Shown: positions 10,383 to 21,809 of the stretch, in pieces
Layout of the letters: each line of letters begins with the position of its first letter
How positions within the stretch are numbered: the first letter of the stretch is position 1
Assembly: GCA_032718475.1 (NCBI GenBank)
Contig: JAUCBJ010003481.1
Coordinates: forward strand, 1 to 44,114
Source of the DNA: Nemertoderma westbladi
Taxonomy: Eukaryota; Animalia; Xenacoelomorpha
Direction of reading: 5' to 3'
Length of the DNA stretch: 44,114 nucleotides
The notes under the pieces: model-generated
Seen by the model: only the letters and a program-made list of their open reading frames with translations
What the model was told of the DNA's origin: nothing
The model's database searches: none
Translations under genes and position numbers: made by a program

Positions 10383-11638
10383 CCCTTTGACGCCTGTGAC
10401 CTACATGGTAGTTCACACAATAGGGCTCTATGACCTACATGGTAGGTCTTGATGTTTCTCTTATCCTTAGCATCCTATCAGATGTCAGAGCCCTAGCAGG
10501 AACATTATTTAAATGTACAGAGCCCTTCAGCGCTTACATCTGGCGGGAAATTCAAATGTGTAATAATTTTAATAACTGTCTGTATCTATGCAGTATTGTA
10601 GTATGCAGTAGGAACAGTAGCGACGTTTACATTTACAGTGCAGTCGCAGTGTAGCCTATGTAGAGCGAGGTGTAGAATGTAGAGAGACATTATGAAACGA
10701 TCTTATCCAAAGAGGGACCCGAAACCACTGAAACGACTTGGCTTCGATATCGATGACAGTTCTTCCGAGTCAGATGACGAAGTAGCCTATCAGACATCGA
10801 ATCGACTGATGATGAACATGCAGATAATTGTTCTGACTCAGAATCTTCCGATTCTGATCCTATAGATTTGGGCCTTCCTACTGGAACCAGTGTTGGTTAT
10901 GGAAACATCCCACCTGAGTTGGCGCCTTGGAAACTTGTGACGGGAAACATTGATTCAATAAACTTAGATAGGCCTTTCCCCGTGAACTCACATCAAGTTG
11001 GGTCTCAGAATGCTATCGACGCAACAGAGTTTTGTTTGGAAAATTATGTCGATACGTTTGTTACTGATAGTTTGATTCAAGTACTGTGTGATAGTACGAA
11101 TAGAAGAATAGAATACAGCGGGAGAAAATAGTTGAATTACCACCGAGCACCGGCAACCGGTACCGGTACTGGAAGCGGTCCGATGGAACTAAAAGTGAAG
11201 GATGTTACTCTCCTGGAGATTAGGGCTTTTTTAGGTCTCGCTATACTGTCGGTTATATATAATATCTGTTATATAATATAATAGGCCTACCTGTTAGTCA
11301 GGTAACCTAAACCCACTATTTTTCGAAGTAGGTTACTATCGTTTATGCATTGTATAGAAATAAAAATATTAACAATTTAGAAAAAAGGTTAAAAAAAATA
11401 AAAATTAAAAAAAATGTATATATATTAAAAAATTAAAACTATTAAAAAAAATATATATAAATATTGTATTATATATATTATTTTATGTATATAATATATT
11501 TATATATAAATATATGTTGTATACCTAAATATGTGTTATTATATGTGGTGTTTTACATGGATAATGTCTCCTTTAAAATTGGCAATTTTATCAGAGCCCT
11601 AGCATGCAGTTTCAATTGCAGCTTCAGGCGTCAAAGGG
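10383..11638 (+). mobile_element. piggyBac internal-deletion derivative
   Basis: TTAA at 10379-10382 and 11639-11642; 14-bp TIR CCCTTTGACGCCTG / CAGGCGTCAAAGGG; subterminal repeats (TGACCTACATGGTAG x2); broken transposase N-terminus (acidic tract, FVTDSLIQVLCDSTNR, KDVTLLEIRAFLGLAIL). Confidence 0.93.
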
Positions 11639-13317
11639 TTAAGGAGGTAATAATGGATAAAACATAGACTCTTATAAAAGAATCAAAGTCTAAGACAAGT
11701 CCACGCGACCCATTACCAACAAGAGTTGTCAGGCTATCACTTAAACTGTTATTGCCAATAATTACTGTGATTATAAATTTATCTATTAAAACGGCAACGG
11801 TACCAACCCTATTTAAGGAGGCAATACTTACACCAATCTTAAAGAAGGGCCGCTTGGATCCGGAGATCTTAAACAACTTTAGCCCTTATCAAACTTACTA
11901 TACATATCAAAGTTAACTGAGAAGGTTGTTGCACAGTAGTTAATCACTCACATGAATTTAAATGGTCTCTACGACCCGATGCAGAGCGCCTATAGGCGGT
12001 ACTATGGTACCGAGACTGCATTGTTAAAGGTTAACAATGATATAATGTGTGATATCGATGGAGGCTCAGCTGTTCTTTTAATTTTATTAGATTTAAGCGC
12101 AGCCTTTGAAACTGTGGATTATAGTAAACTACTAGAACTTTTGGAAAAGGATATTGGGATTAGAGGAGCTGAGTTAGATTGGTTTGTATCATATCTATAC
12201 GGATGAACACAACAGGTTAAAGTCGGGAACACCTATTCTGAGTGCCAGAAGCTAATGTATGGGCTCCCCCAGGGTTCCGTGCTTGGTCCATTATTGTTCT
12301 CAATATACACCCGCTCGCTATCAAAGGTCATTAGAAAACATGGTCTTTCATATCATTTATATGCTGATGACACACAGCTTTATATTTCGTGTAAACCGAT
12401 TAATTGTCTCAGTGACATAAACAATGGATGAAAGATCATATGTTAAAAAACAGAAGTCCTCCTCTTACAGTCACGTTTTGGACAGCAAGCAGGTCCCCTT
12501 AGCGTACAAATTGAAAAGGATAGTATATCATGTACTGATAATGCTCGTAATATTGGCTTCCTCTTTGACTCTCACCTAACATTCAAAAATCAGATATCTA
12601 ACCGTAGTTAGAGACGCCTTCTTCCATCTACACAACCTTTCTAAAATAAAGCGACATTTATCTAGATGTGAATTGGAAATATTAATACATGCATTTATAA
12701 CAAATAAATTGGACAACAATAACTCACTCTCTATGGTTTGCCTGATTAATACATTAAAAATTACAATATGTGCAGAACTCAGCAGCGCGAATGTTTGAAG
12801 GTATTAGAAAGCGCGTGCACATACCCCCAGTACTGAAACGCCTCCACTGGCTTCCAATTAATAGGCGAATTGAATATAAATTGGCTGTTCCGGATGTTAT
12901 CATACAAGTGCTGGAACGGTACCGCGCCGAGCTTTCTCTGCGAACTGCTCAAGCGATATACGCCCGGGAGGGACTTACGTCCCTCCCTCTTCGGGTTCTC
13001 TATCGCGGTAACTCGCATTTGGAATTCCCTACCCAACGATATACGCCTGGCCAGTACCCTTGGTATTTTTAAAGAAAAACTGAAAACTCACTATTATGTA
13101 CAGGAATATTGATGAAGCCATTTTTAAAAAATAGTTATAACTTTTTACTTCATTGTGATTTTACTTATGTTTTTAGTGTTTTTTAGCCAGTTTTTATAGA
13201 AAATACCTACCGGTACCGGTACAAATTACAGTTCATGCAGTACCATACCTACACATACACAGCGCCTTGAAATAGTGCTTAGAAAGGCGCTTTTTAAATA
13301 TCTATATAAATATTATT

Positions 13318-13648
13318 ACTAGAGACGGCGTCAAGACGCCGTTAAGCAAGTCGGAAGTCATCAATCAAATGTAAATTCCATCAACAAGCTGTCATTGGTG
13401 TTATTTTACCATTGCGCCTACGGCGTTTTTTTGTTTATCTCTATTTTTCGAGCCCAGAGGCTATGGACGGAGTAGCCGATCATGCCAGGGACCTTAGAAT
13501 CGCGCTATCTAGCTGCTGTGAAAATTTCATCAAAATCGTTAAGAGTAGTTTTGGCTGTAGATCAGTCAGCCAGCCAGCCAGTCAGTCAGCCAGTCAGTCA
13601 ATCAGCCAACAATTCTTATTACAGTAATCAAGTCCTACGACTTGCTAA
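13318..13648 (+). mobile_element. Helentron-associated non-autonomous element (HINE/DINE-1/pearl-like)
   Basis: 5' hairpin GACGGCGTC-AA-GACGCCGTT; subterminal inverted repeat AGCAAGTCG (13345) / CGACTTGCT (13638); (CAGY)n microsatellite at ~13563-13607; 3' hairpin CAAGTC-CTAC-GACTTG. Confidence 0.7.
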
Positions 13649-14114
13649 TTATTATTATTATTAGGGTCTTTACCATTAAATCGGACCATCATACTCAAAG
13701 TAATTCCATCCTAAACCATATTGTGCCTTTGTTGGGATTAATTTTCAGTTTCCAATGTTTCGTGATATATTTATTTATATAATACTTGGTGGGAAAAAAA
13801 TATGTTTGATTAGATTTCGGAGTGTATTGTCCCCAAATGACATAAATTTGTATGTTTGTCCTCCTGTCTGGTCCACAACCAAGGCCATCTAAATAACAGG
13901 CCATGACAAGGACCTAGCCTGCAGAATTATCGTAGGCTGACTGCTAAATTATCAAATATTATATTTTCCACGAATGCAGGGTCCATATTTAAAAGAAGAT
14001 AAGTAGATTTTCGTAAAGAATTTAATCGAAACAGTATTTAATAATTAATTAATTAATTATCGCTCGAGGTCCTGCAGCTTTTATTTGTTTGTGGCTGCCT
14101 CTGATGGCTATGTT

Positions 14115-14410
14115 TGTGGCAGGAATGTTTGAACGCTAATAAGTCAGTCAATCATGGATGAAATGGAACCAAACTTGGTACACAATGTAGTCTATCAAAA
14201 ATTTAGAAATTCTACACACAGACAGACTTATACAGTTCCTATGTCTACCGCTAGGGGGGCGAATTGACAGAAGCATAAAAATAGCAGTAATTATAGAACC
14301 AACCATCAGATTCATCTGAAATTTGGTAGTAGTAGCCTACGAGCATTTCTTAATTAGAAAACCTACACACAGACAGACTTTTACAGTTCCAGTCTGCCAC
14401 TAGGGGGAAT
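14115..14410. repeat. Two diverged ~160-180-bp HINE/satellite core units inside the TIR element
   Basis: Repeated AAA(C/T)TTGGTA..CTACACACAGACAGACTT..ACAGTTCC..CC(G/A)CTAGGGGG. The start also recurs at ~36070-36115. Confidence 0.6.
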
Positions 14411-14774
14411 TGTTAAAGCTCCAGTTCAACGTGATTAATACAGTTTAATAAACAATAAATTCATTATTTATTCATTTACAGTAATTATAACAGTAAAATG
14501 CAATGTATTCTATTTTCTAGTAAAATCAAGAGACAGGGAGGGAACTGGACACAAATCCTGTCTTGGCGAATTAATATCCCGCCTCAATGTTAAATTCTCA
14601 ATTTAGGGAAAGAAGCAGGTTACAGTGGCATGTTATTTTAACCAAAACAATAAACTAAACACAATAGAACAGTGTCTATGTCCAATATAAAGCGCTACAT
14701 TACTTCATCAATGTCGACTTCCTCAAATTCCGAGTATAAATAAATAACAATAACAAAAAAACATAATTATAAAC

Positions 14775-15410
14775 AGATCGGAGCTATGCAGCTATCGCTG
14801 TATCGGTATCTCCGCCCAACACAACCAACTCTCTATCCGCCTCGAGAACGAGAAACTCGATCAAATACCGTACCTGCTTATTATCCCAGTATCCGTCCGT
14901 AGTCGCCGGACCACTGCGGTTTATTCCTGTAGAACAGTAGAATTTCCACAGCTTCCGACCCAATTCGACAACGAATTCGCCTCACACTTTGGCGTCTCAG
15001 AGAACAGGATAACATAATCCGGAGGATACACATCTGCCCAACCTGCCAACGTTCAACATTTTCTCCCAGGCGATCCCAGGCTCCGGGCCACCGCTACACC
15101 CAGATCGAAATCCTCGTCGATTCGTCCTGTCGTCGACGTAAGTCGGACTCTTTCCACCCCACCGCACTCCAAGTTCTGAAGGTGGGAGGCCGGAGTGAGT
15201 CATGATGAACTTGGCTGTGGCCCGCATTACGATCCGACCACCCGCCGAATTCCCAGTGTAGTAAATAGAATCGTACTGACAAGCAAGCAATTCCATAGTA
15301 TTTATTCCTCCGTTAAATTACATCTTGTATCTTGATGCAACTCGGCTGCTCGGGTCCAGATACATCGAACTGTCGGAAGCGTTTCAGACAGTAACTGAGT
15401 ACATGGAGTA
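14775..15410 (-). pseudogene. Aldehyde dehydrogenase family 3-like fragment, intronless and frameshifted
   Basis: Colinear motifs LLSETLP..YLDP..NGGINTMELL..YDSIYYTGNSAGGRIVMRATAK..ELG..GGKSPTYVD..IAWEKMLNVG..C..PDYV..FY..SGDYGRI..LGGDTD..CIAP match the ALDH3 series (FYTGS..VGKIVM..LELGGKSP..WGK..N.GQTC.APDY..DY.RI..GG..D...YIAP). Confidence 0.8.
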
Positions 15411-16363
15411 ATGGTCGACATTTGTGGATAATTCAGATGGTTTTATAATAAATAAGGGGATTCAATGTTATAACAAATGGATCATTCCAAACCCCAATCT
15501 GCCAATATACTTAACAGTAGTATATAGAGGCTGTTAGTTAGGCACAGTTTAGGTACCATAATCAGCACAGTCAGCCTACAATAATTTTGAAGGCTAGGTC
15601 CTTGTCATGGCCTGTTGTTTAGGTGGCCTTGTCCACAACCCATTCGAGGAAGAGGAAAATATATTTTTTATTACGGTTTATAGATTTTTTAAAAATTGTT
15701 TTGGTTTTGTCATTCCACTTTATTCCGTGATTCCAAGAAGCGAACGATGGGGTTGGGGTGTACGACTGTACGTTACATTCAGGAAGTGATCGAGGAAGTC
15801 GGGGTCAGGAAGTGATTGTATTGAAATCACATTAAAAAACGCGCAGCTTTTATAAATGATATCCGGTGTTATTAATGGATTTTCATCTTTACATTTCCTG
15901 AGATATCCTGAGTTGTAATAGGTTTACCTGTATAAATTCAACAATCTTCGAACACAATGCACGCACACGCATTTTCTGTCACTCCGAATCGTGATTATCA
16001 TATTGGATTCTCATGACATCACAACTCATCATAAAAATCAAATTATAAATCCACGGCTCGTTGAATCAACTTTATGACAACACATTCTTAAGATTTCTAC
16101 ACGAGTTCCAGATATTCTATTATAATGATTTCACTTCCAATTAAGTCAAACTATTTTACTAAGACTACCGCAGTACAAAGTTGATTACTTGGTTTGAATT
16201 TTATTCTAAACAAATAAAAAATAACCTTATATACCAACATAAAATGATCCATTAGCTCTTTTATGTGGTTAACAATATGAATTGGAGTTGAGCTGTTAAT
16301 GCAACTGTAATCAAAGATGTAATATTATGGTTAATTATAGTATTATGGTATTACATCTTTAAT

Positions 16364-16650
16364 AATTCATTTATTAATATCACTTGGCAGCAATACTCGA
16401 GCTGAATATTTATTTATTTGTACTTCCCTCCTGTTTCACTCTAACATACTTGAGGCCGGTAGGTCCGCTGTTAGAGATAGGATAAGCAACTTACTGACTG
16501 CCTGTTCAATAGAAGTGGATTAGGTGGGATAGTGAAGGTTAGCTGAACCTATTAGCGCAACTGAAGAGGCTTGACAGGCCGAAACGTACGTATAGCGCTG
16601 GTTCAACCGCCGGTGATTTTTTCCACTTCTGAACAAAACCATTTATTTAC
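16364..16650 (+). mobile_element. 287-bp hammerhead-containing insertion (Penelope pseudo-LTR or retrozyme-like monomer)
   Basis: 14-bp direct repeat ATTACATCTTTAAT at 16350-16363 and 16651-16664 flanks a non-coding segment containing the ribozyme. Confidence 0.72.
16544..16605 (+). ncRNA. Minimal type I hammerhead ribozyme
   Basis: Stem I AGCGCAA / TAGCGCT (1 mismatch), extendable by TGAACC / GGTTCA; core CTGAAGA (16561); stem II GGCTT-GAC-AGGCC; GAAA; short palindromic stem III ACGTACGT; GTA cleavage triplet. Confidence 0.8.
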
Positions 16651-17143
16651 ATTACATCTTTAATTACAGTTGCAACAGTTGTAACCATAATATTGCATCT
16701 TTAAAAATATAGAAAGGATGTCTGTCGGTAAGCCGGTAAGCGTGAAACATGAAACATCGGAGACAAATGAAAATATCCTCTCTCTCTAGGCAGTAAAAGC
16801 AGTGAGATGTGGGAGCCATTCTTACTCCCAAGGTTGAAACATATAGAACTATTCCTTTACACCCCCCCCCCCTCCCTCCTCATATTTCAGGGAGGGCAGT
16901 GGTCTCCCTAGTAAACGTGCACAGATTATCGTCTGTGCTAGCTGTTAAGGTCTAGCTAGTATGACAATTTTTAAAACATGGGTTTATTCGAATTCCGTCA
17001 ACGCCTATGTGTTTTTACTGTTACTCTCTGTATACATTAATTATCCATTTGACCATAGACCAAAGTTTTTAATGGTATTTTCCGCTGTAATTCTGCTGAC
17101 GGAAATACCGTATATATTTCCAATAACTTACTAATACTAAATA

Positions 17144-17260
17144 CAAACAGTCGGCCGAAGCCAGAGGCTACCCGAAGGTAGGGGTGAACACATATCTTAT
17201 CCCAAGTTTTGATCCCAGTAATTGAACTGGTCCAAATTTTATCGGCCCCCAAGGATGAAA
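17144..17260 (-). mobile_element. Headless fragment of the same SINE family as 25818-26116
   Basis: CAAACAGTCGGCCGAAGCCAGAGGCTACC and CCCAGTAATTGAACTGGT..ATTTTATCG.CCC..GGATGAAA match 25893-26039. Confidence 0.7.
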
Positions 17261-17776
17261 AAAACTCAACTTAAAACTCTAACAAATTTTCTCAATCAGC
17301 AATCTTTTCTTAATGTTACAATTTTGGCAAATCATCTTGGTTTTATACTTACTATAGCCAATACTGGCTTTAATTTTTTTTTCTATTTTATCCAGAGCAG
17401 ATTTTTATCAAGATTCCAAATTTGAAAACCGGTTAACAAGATTTGTCTTACTTCTTGGGATATGGTTGCCTTTTTCGATTGACTGTCGCTGTGCCCCCTT
17501 GCCCCCTCCCTTTATCCAGTTGCCACCCCCCCCCATCCCCCCCCCCCCCCCAATTGACCAATGGCAGGTGTTCACAGCACTAGCACCCGCTATTGTCAAC
17601 TCCTGTCAGTAGTGCACTTAAAATGATAGAAAAAAAGAGATCTCAAAAAATTTACCAAAATTCAAATTATCTAAAATGCTTTCTTAAAATAAATAATCAT
17701 TACATATTATAATCATAATTGTATATGTGCTTGGCCCAATTAAAGGAAAATATATAATATCTAATCTAATCCTCAT

Positions 17777-18558
17777 CCTACGCCTCTACACCGACACCTA
17801 CGGCTACTCCTACACCTACACCTACGCCTATGCCTACGCCTACGCCTATGCCTATGCCTACGCCTACACCTACGCCTACGCGTACGCCTACGCCTACACC
17901 TACACCTACACCTACGCCAACGCCTACACCTACGTCTACGCCTACGCCTACGCCTACGCCTACACCTACACCTACACCTACGCCTACGCCTACGCCTACG
18001 CCTACGCCTACGCCTACGCCTACGCCTACGCCTACGCCTACGCCTACACCTACGCCTACGCCTACGCCTACGCCTACGCCTACGCCTACGCCTACGCCTA
18101 CGCCTACGCCTACGCCTACGCCTACACCTACACCTACACCTACACCTACACCTACACCTACACCTACACCTACACCTACACCTACACCTACACCTACACC
18201 TACACCTACACCTACACCTACACCTACACCTACACCTACACCTACACCTACACCTACACCTACACCTACACCTACACCTACACCTACACCTACACCTACG
18301 CCTACGCCTACGCCTACGCCTACGCCTACGCCTACACCTACACCTACACCTACACCTACACCTACACCTACACCTACACCTACACCTACACCTACACCTA
18401 CACCTACACCTACACCTACACCTACACCTACACCTACACCTACACCTACACCTACACCTACACCTACACCTACACCTACACCTACACCTACACCTACACC
18501 TACACCTACACCTACACCTACACCTACACCTACACCTACACCTACACCTACACCTACA
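17777..18558. repeat. Hexamer microsatellite (CCTACR)n, ~780 bp, in blocks of CCTACG and CCTACA
   Basis: Directly visible; explains the (YA/YT)n and (PT)n ORFs. Confidence 0.98.
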
Positions 18559-19052
18559 CTTGCGTAAATCGGTAGGCCTTTACATCTGACTGTTGATAAT
18601 CAAGCTATTACTTCCCAATTAAATGGGGTTTCTACAATAATCCTAACTCGCCTATACTGTTTTTGTACCCTGTATCTTTACCAACCTGCCTATGGTAGGT
18701 GTAGGTGTGTAGGCGTAGCGTTTACCTTCCTATTCAACTTACTTTATACTTTGTGAGCATTCCCAAATATCACGCTGTCAATCAAAGAACAAACATTAGT
18801 CGCACAATTTGTTTTCATTTTAAACTATACTAAGAAAGCATGTTCGTCTGGGTGGGTAACACTAGTAACTAATAATAATATATTTCTCCTTGATGGTAAA
18901 ATATAAAGTAATATTTCGTACCCAGACACTTTGGGCTATGAATTTTATGCCTCTGGTAAGTGGTAATTGAGTTTGTATTCAGTACCGGTAGTGTAATCTT
19001 CTATGTTTTTTCCAATTCTATCTACATCAATATATTTGTAACTATTTTAGTA

Positions 19053-19167
19053 ATGGAACTTCCAATTAATGTAACTGAGGTTGATCAGCCAACAGAAGAT
19101 GCAGTGGAATGGATTATTATTTTGGAAAAAATATTCTACCCTCTATTATTTGTATTTGGCGTAACAG
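19053..19167 (+). CDS. Class A (rhodopsin-like) GPCR, TRH-receptor-like, coding exon 1 (N-terminus to TM1)
   Basis: MELPINVTEVDQPTEDAVEWIIILEKIFYPLLFVFGVT-G, with an NVT glycosylation sequon; donor G|GTGAGG in phase 1 joins exon 2 to give the TM1 GN motif. TTTTAG just before the ATG suggests an upstream UTR exon. Confidence 0.8.
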
Positions 19168-19192
19168 GTGAGGAATAAATATAATAATAGGG

Positions 19193-19453
19193 GCAAACTC
19201 ATCATTACGATATCGCAAACTCATCATTACGATATCGCAAACTCATCATTACGATATCGCAAACTCATCATTACGATATCGCAAACTCATCATTACGATA
19301 TCGCAAACTCATCATTACGATATCGCAAACTCATCATTACGATATCGCAAACTCATCATTACGATATCGCAAACTCATCATTACGATATCGCAAACTCAT
19401 CATTACGATATCGCAAACTCATCATTACGATATCGCAAACTCATCATTACGAT
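19193..19453. repeat. 22-bp perfect minisatellite, ~12 copies
   Basis: Unit GCAAACTCATCATTACGATATC, head to tail with no spacers. Confidence 0.97.
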
Positions 19454-19812
19454 TTGCATATATTTTGAGTGTAAATAGGGTATTAACTCTAAGAAACAAG
19501 GCTGCATCACCAGTACTGAGCAATACTGAATCAACAGTAATCAAAAATTCAGTCTGAGCTAGTCGTATTAATCTCTTGATAGCCAACACTCAAGCTGATC
19601 GCATGGCTCTAGTTGGACGGATGACTTTCTTTGAGAAACTGTGCTTGAGCGCAATAATCATAATATTATACTGTCAGTCGTAGCGTCCTCAATGCCGTTG
19701 CAGTAAATGCTTCCGCAAACCAAGCGGTACACGAAGAATGGATTGGATGGCCGCTCCCAGGTAACAGCCAAAAGAGGGGAGCCTTGTTGTAGCCTAAAAA
19801 TCGGGTGTAAAT

Positions 19813-20070
19813 GCCCAAGATCCATGCCCAAAACCCATGCCCAAAACACATGCACAAAACCCATTCCCAAAACCCATACCCAAAACCTGTACCCAAAACC
19901 CGTGCCCAAAACCCATAACCAAGACCCATGCCCAAAACCCATTCCCAATACCCATGCCTAAACCCATACCCAAAACCCATACCCAAAACCCATGCCGAAA
20001 ACCCATTCCGAAAACCCATGCCAAAAACCAATACCCAAACCCATACCCAAAACCCATGCCAAAAACCCAT
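19813..20070. repeat. Degenerate 12-bp tandem repeat (CCCAAAACCCAT-like)
   Basis: Directly visible; gives low-complexity ORFs in several frames. Confidence 0.9.
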
Positions 20071-20253
20071 AACACAACAATAGTTTCCCAGCACTATCCG
20101 GTTGCTTTTAGTAGGCCTAATCTACTGCAGTACTATAATACGTAATTTTTTTAAAATTATTTCAATGCAACACTAATACAATATAAGTATTATGGTTGGA
20201 GATACCGGTAAATTGTTAATTATACAGTATACGTCACCAATATTGATTTCACT

Positions 20254-21438
20254 GGTGTTCGGACACTTCCCCACGAACACTTCCCCCCGGACAGTTCCCC
20301 CCCCCCCGCTCAAGTAGGACACTTCCCCCCCGGACACTTCCCCCCCAGACACTTCCACCTCGGACACTCCCCCCCCCCCCCCGACTGTTCTTAACTTCGC
20401 ACATTCGTATTTTTCATTTTGTAAGGTAAACGGACCGCTTGTATCCAGATAAGTTGTATCCAATTTTCCTTTCGTAGCTCAGAAAGTGATCTTTTGCATC
20501 CCGATTTTACATTTTATATCCAAGTTTTATTTATGGGTTTTATCAATGCAATTACATCGTATTGTTTGCTAATCTTTAAACAATTAATTAGATGACCTAT
20601 AAATTCCATCCCCCGAATGATATACTGTTTTTATTAACTATAGAATTATAATAATTAATTGTTTTAATTATAGGTATTATTATGTAATAGTCTTCTTCAA
20701 ATTGTAGCAGATGGGGATGAATATTATTGTTGCAATCAAAATTATACCTCTCCAGGTTAAAATCGACATGCGTCGACCTGTATTCTATGTTCAGCATTAC
20801 TGACATATTGATATACATATTACTATACATACTATATATAGATATTATACACACTACATTTTAAATTTCCTGGTTACTTGCAATATTTTTAATAGGATTT
20901 TGTTGAATTATATAATATTGTAGTAATTTATATATTAATTTGGTTAACATTCAATACAGCTCCTACTTTAGGCTTAGTCAATTTATTATCTGATGATACA
21001 AACATGAATTGATTATTTCAAAACGGTCTCAAAGTCTTTCACCACGGGCACACAGGGAAATGCCGGGGTTTGGGGGCAGCAGCCCCGAACAAAAGAAGCG
21101 GGGGTTTGGGGGCGGCAGCCTCCAACAAAAGAAGCGGGGGTTTGGGGGCGGCAGCCCCCAATTAAAAGAAAAACAAACAAAATTTGACTATAAAAATGTT
21201 TCTTTTATAATTTTGAAAAAACTTGACTAGATACAACTTGTCCTGTAACCATCTTTAACTTTTGTTTATTGCTTTGATGCACCCAGATTAATTTTAACAC
21301 TTTAACTGTGGGGGAAGTGTCCGGGGGGGAACTGTCCGGGGGGGAACTGTCCGGGGGGAACTGTCCGGGGGGGGGGGGAACTGTCCGGGGGGGAACTGTC
21401 CGGGGGGGAAGTGTCCGGGGGGGAAGTGTCCTAGATCC
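20254..21438. mobile_element. Foldback/MITE-like element with modular inverted termini
   Basis: Left end (GGACAC/GTTCCCCCCC)n at 20260-20385; right end is the inverse (GGGGGGAAC/GTGTCC)n at 21310-21431. AT-rich interior with a 36-bp x ~3 repeat at 21064-21161. No TSD found. Confidence 0.7.
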
Positions 21439-21809
21439 GTTCTATAGATTTAGTAAATCGTATAAATAATTGGTTTTCGGGGCGGCGACAACGTACTGTA
21501 ATGGTGTTATGTTGCACAACATGGATTAACAAGCCATATACTGTATAACAATATAATATACCTACAGATATTAATAAACAGTACTGGAGAATAACTAGAG
21601 TGATGGATAATTTGTAATAACAATAACTGAGAAGCCAATTGCGGGGGTTATTACACAGTTCCATTTTTGATTACTGTTTATTGTTATACAGTACTATGCT
21701 ATGTTTACATATTTTTTCATGTTCACATGTTTTGTTATAGTTTGTACATCGTATCATATTTATCTAGTTTTTATCTTGAGTTATTATTACCTATGATAAT
21801 TTTTGACCG

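Larger units (their letters stand above)
8600..13317 (+). mobile_element. Decayed L2-clade LINE with nested insertions
   Basis: ORF1 remnant (KRASILRKAHDLRKSKVYK); APE (ARSINN..DIMAITEAWL, GGGVACIYK, IIAGDLNF); RT ([47 protein letters not shown]); C-terminal LHWLPI..IEYK and WNSLP; L2-type 3' end AGCGCCTTGA..AAGGCGCT..TATATAAAT(ATT)n. Contains stops, frameshifts and deletions. Confidence 0.9.
13880..15631. mobile_element. Non-autonomous TIR DNA transposon (hAT- or P-type ends) carrying captured sequence
   Basis: ~65-70-bp imperfect TIR starting CAAGGCCAYCTAAAYAACAGGCCATGACAAGGACCTAGCCT; exact 8-bp TSD TCCACAAC at 13872-13879 and 15632-15639; no transposase seen. Confidence 0.9.

Noticed and set aside
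9791-10452. Antifreeze-, mucin- or ice-nucleation-like repeat proteins
   Set aside because: Open in several frames on both strands because of the 30-bp unit; embedded in a dead LINE with no gene structure.
17727-18575. (YA/YT)n and (PT)n proteins of 245-282 aa
   Set aside because: Translations of a stop-free hexamer microsatellite.
19193-19453. CRISPR-like array
   Set aside because: Identical units are contiguous with no spacers, there are no cas genes and the context is eukaryotic.
19658-20145. Gly/aromatic-rich or Pro/Lys-rich ORFs
   Set aside because: Products of a 12-bp degenerate tandem repeat.
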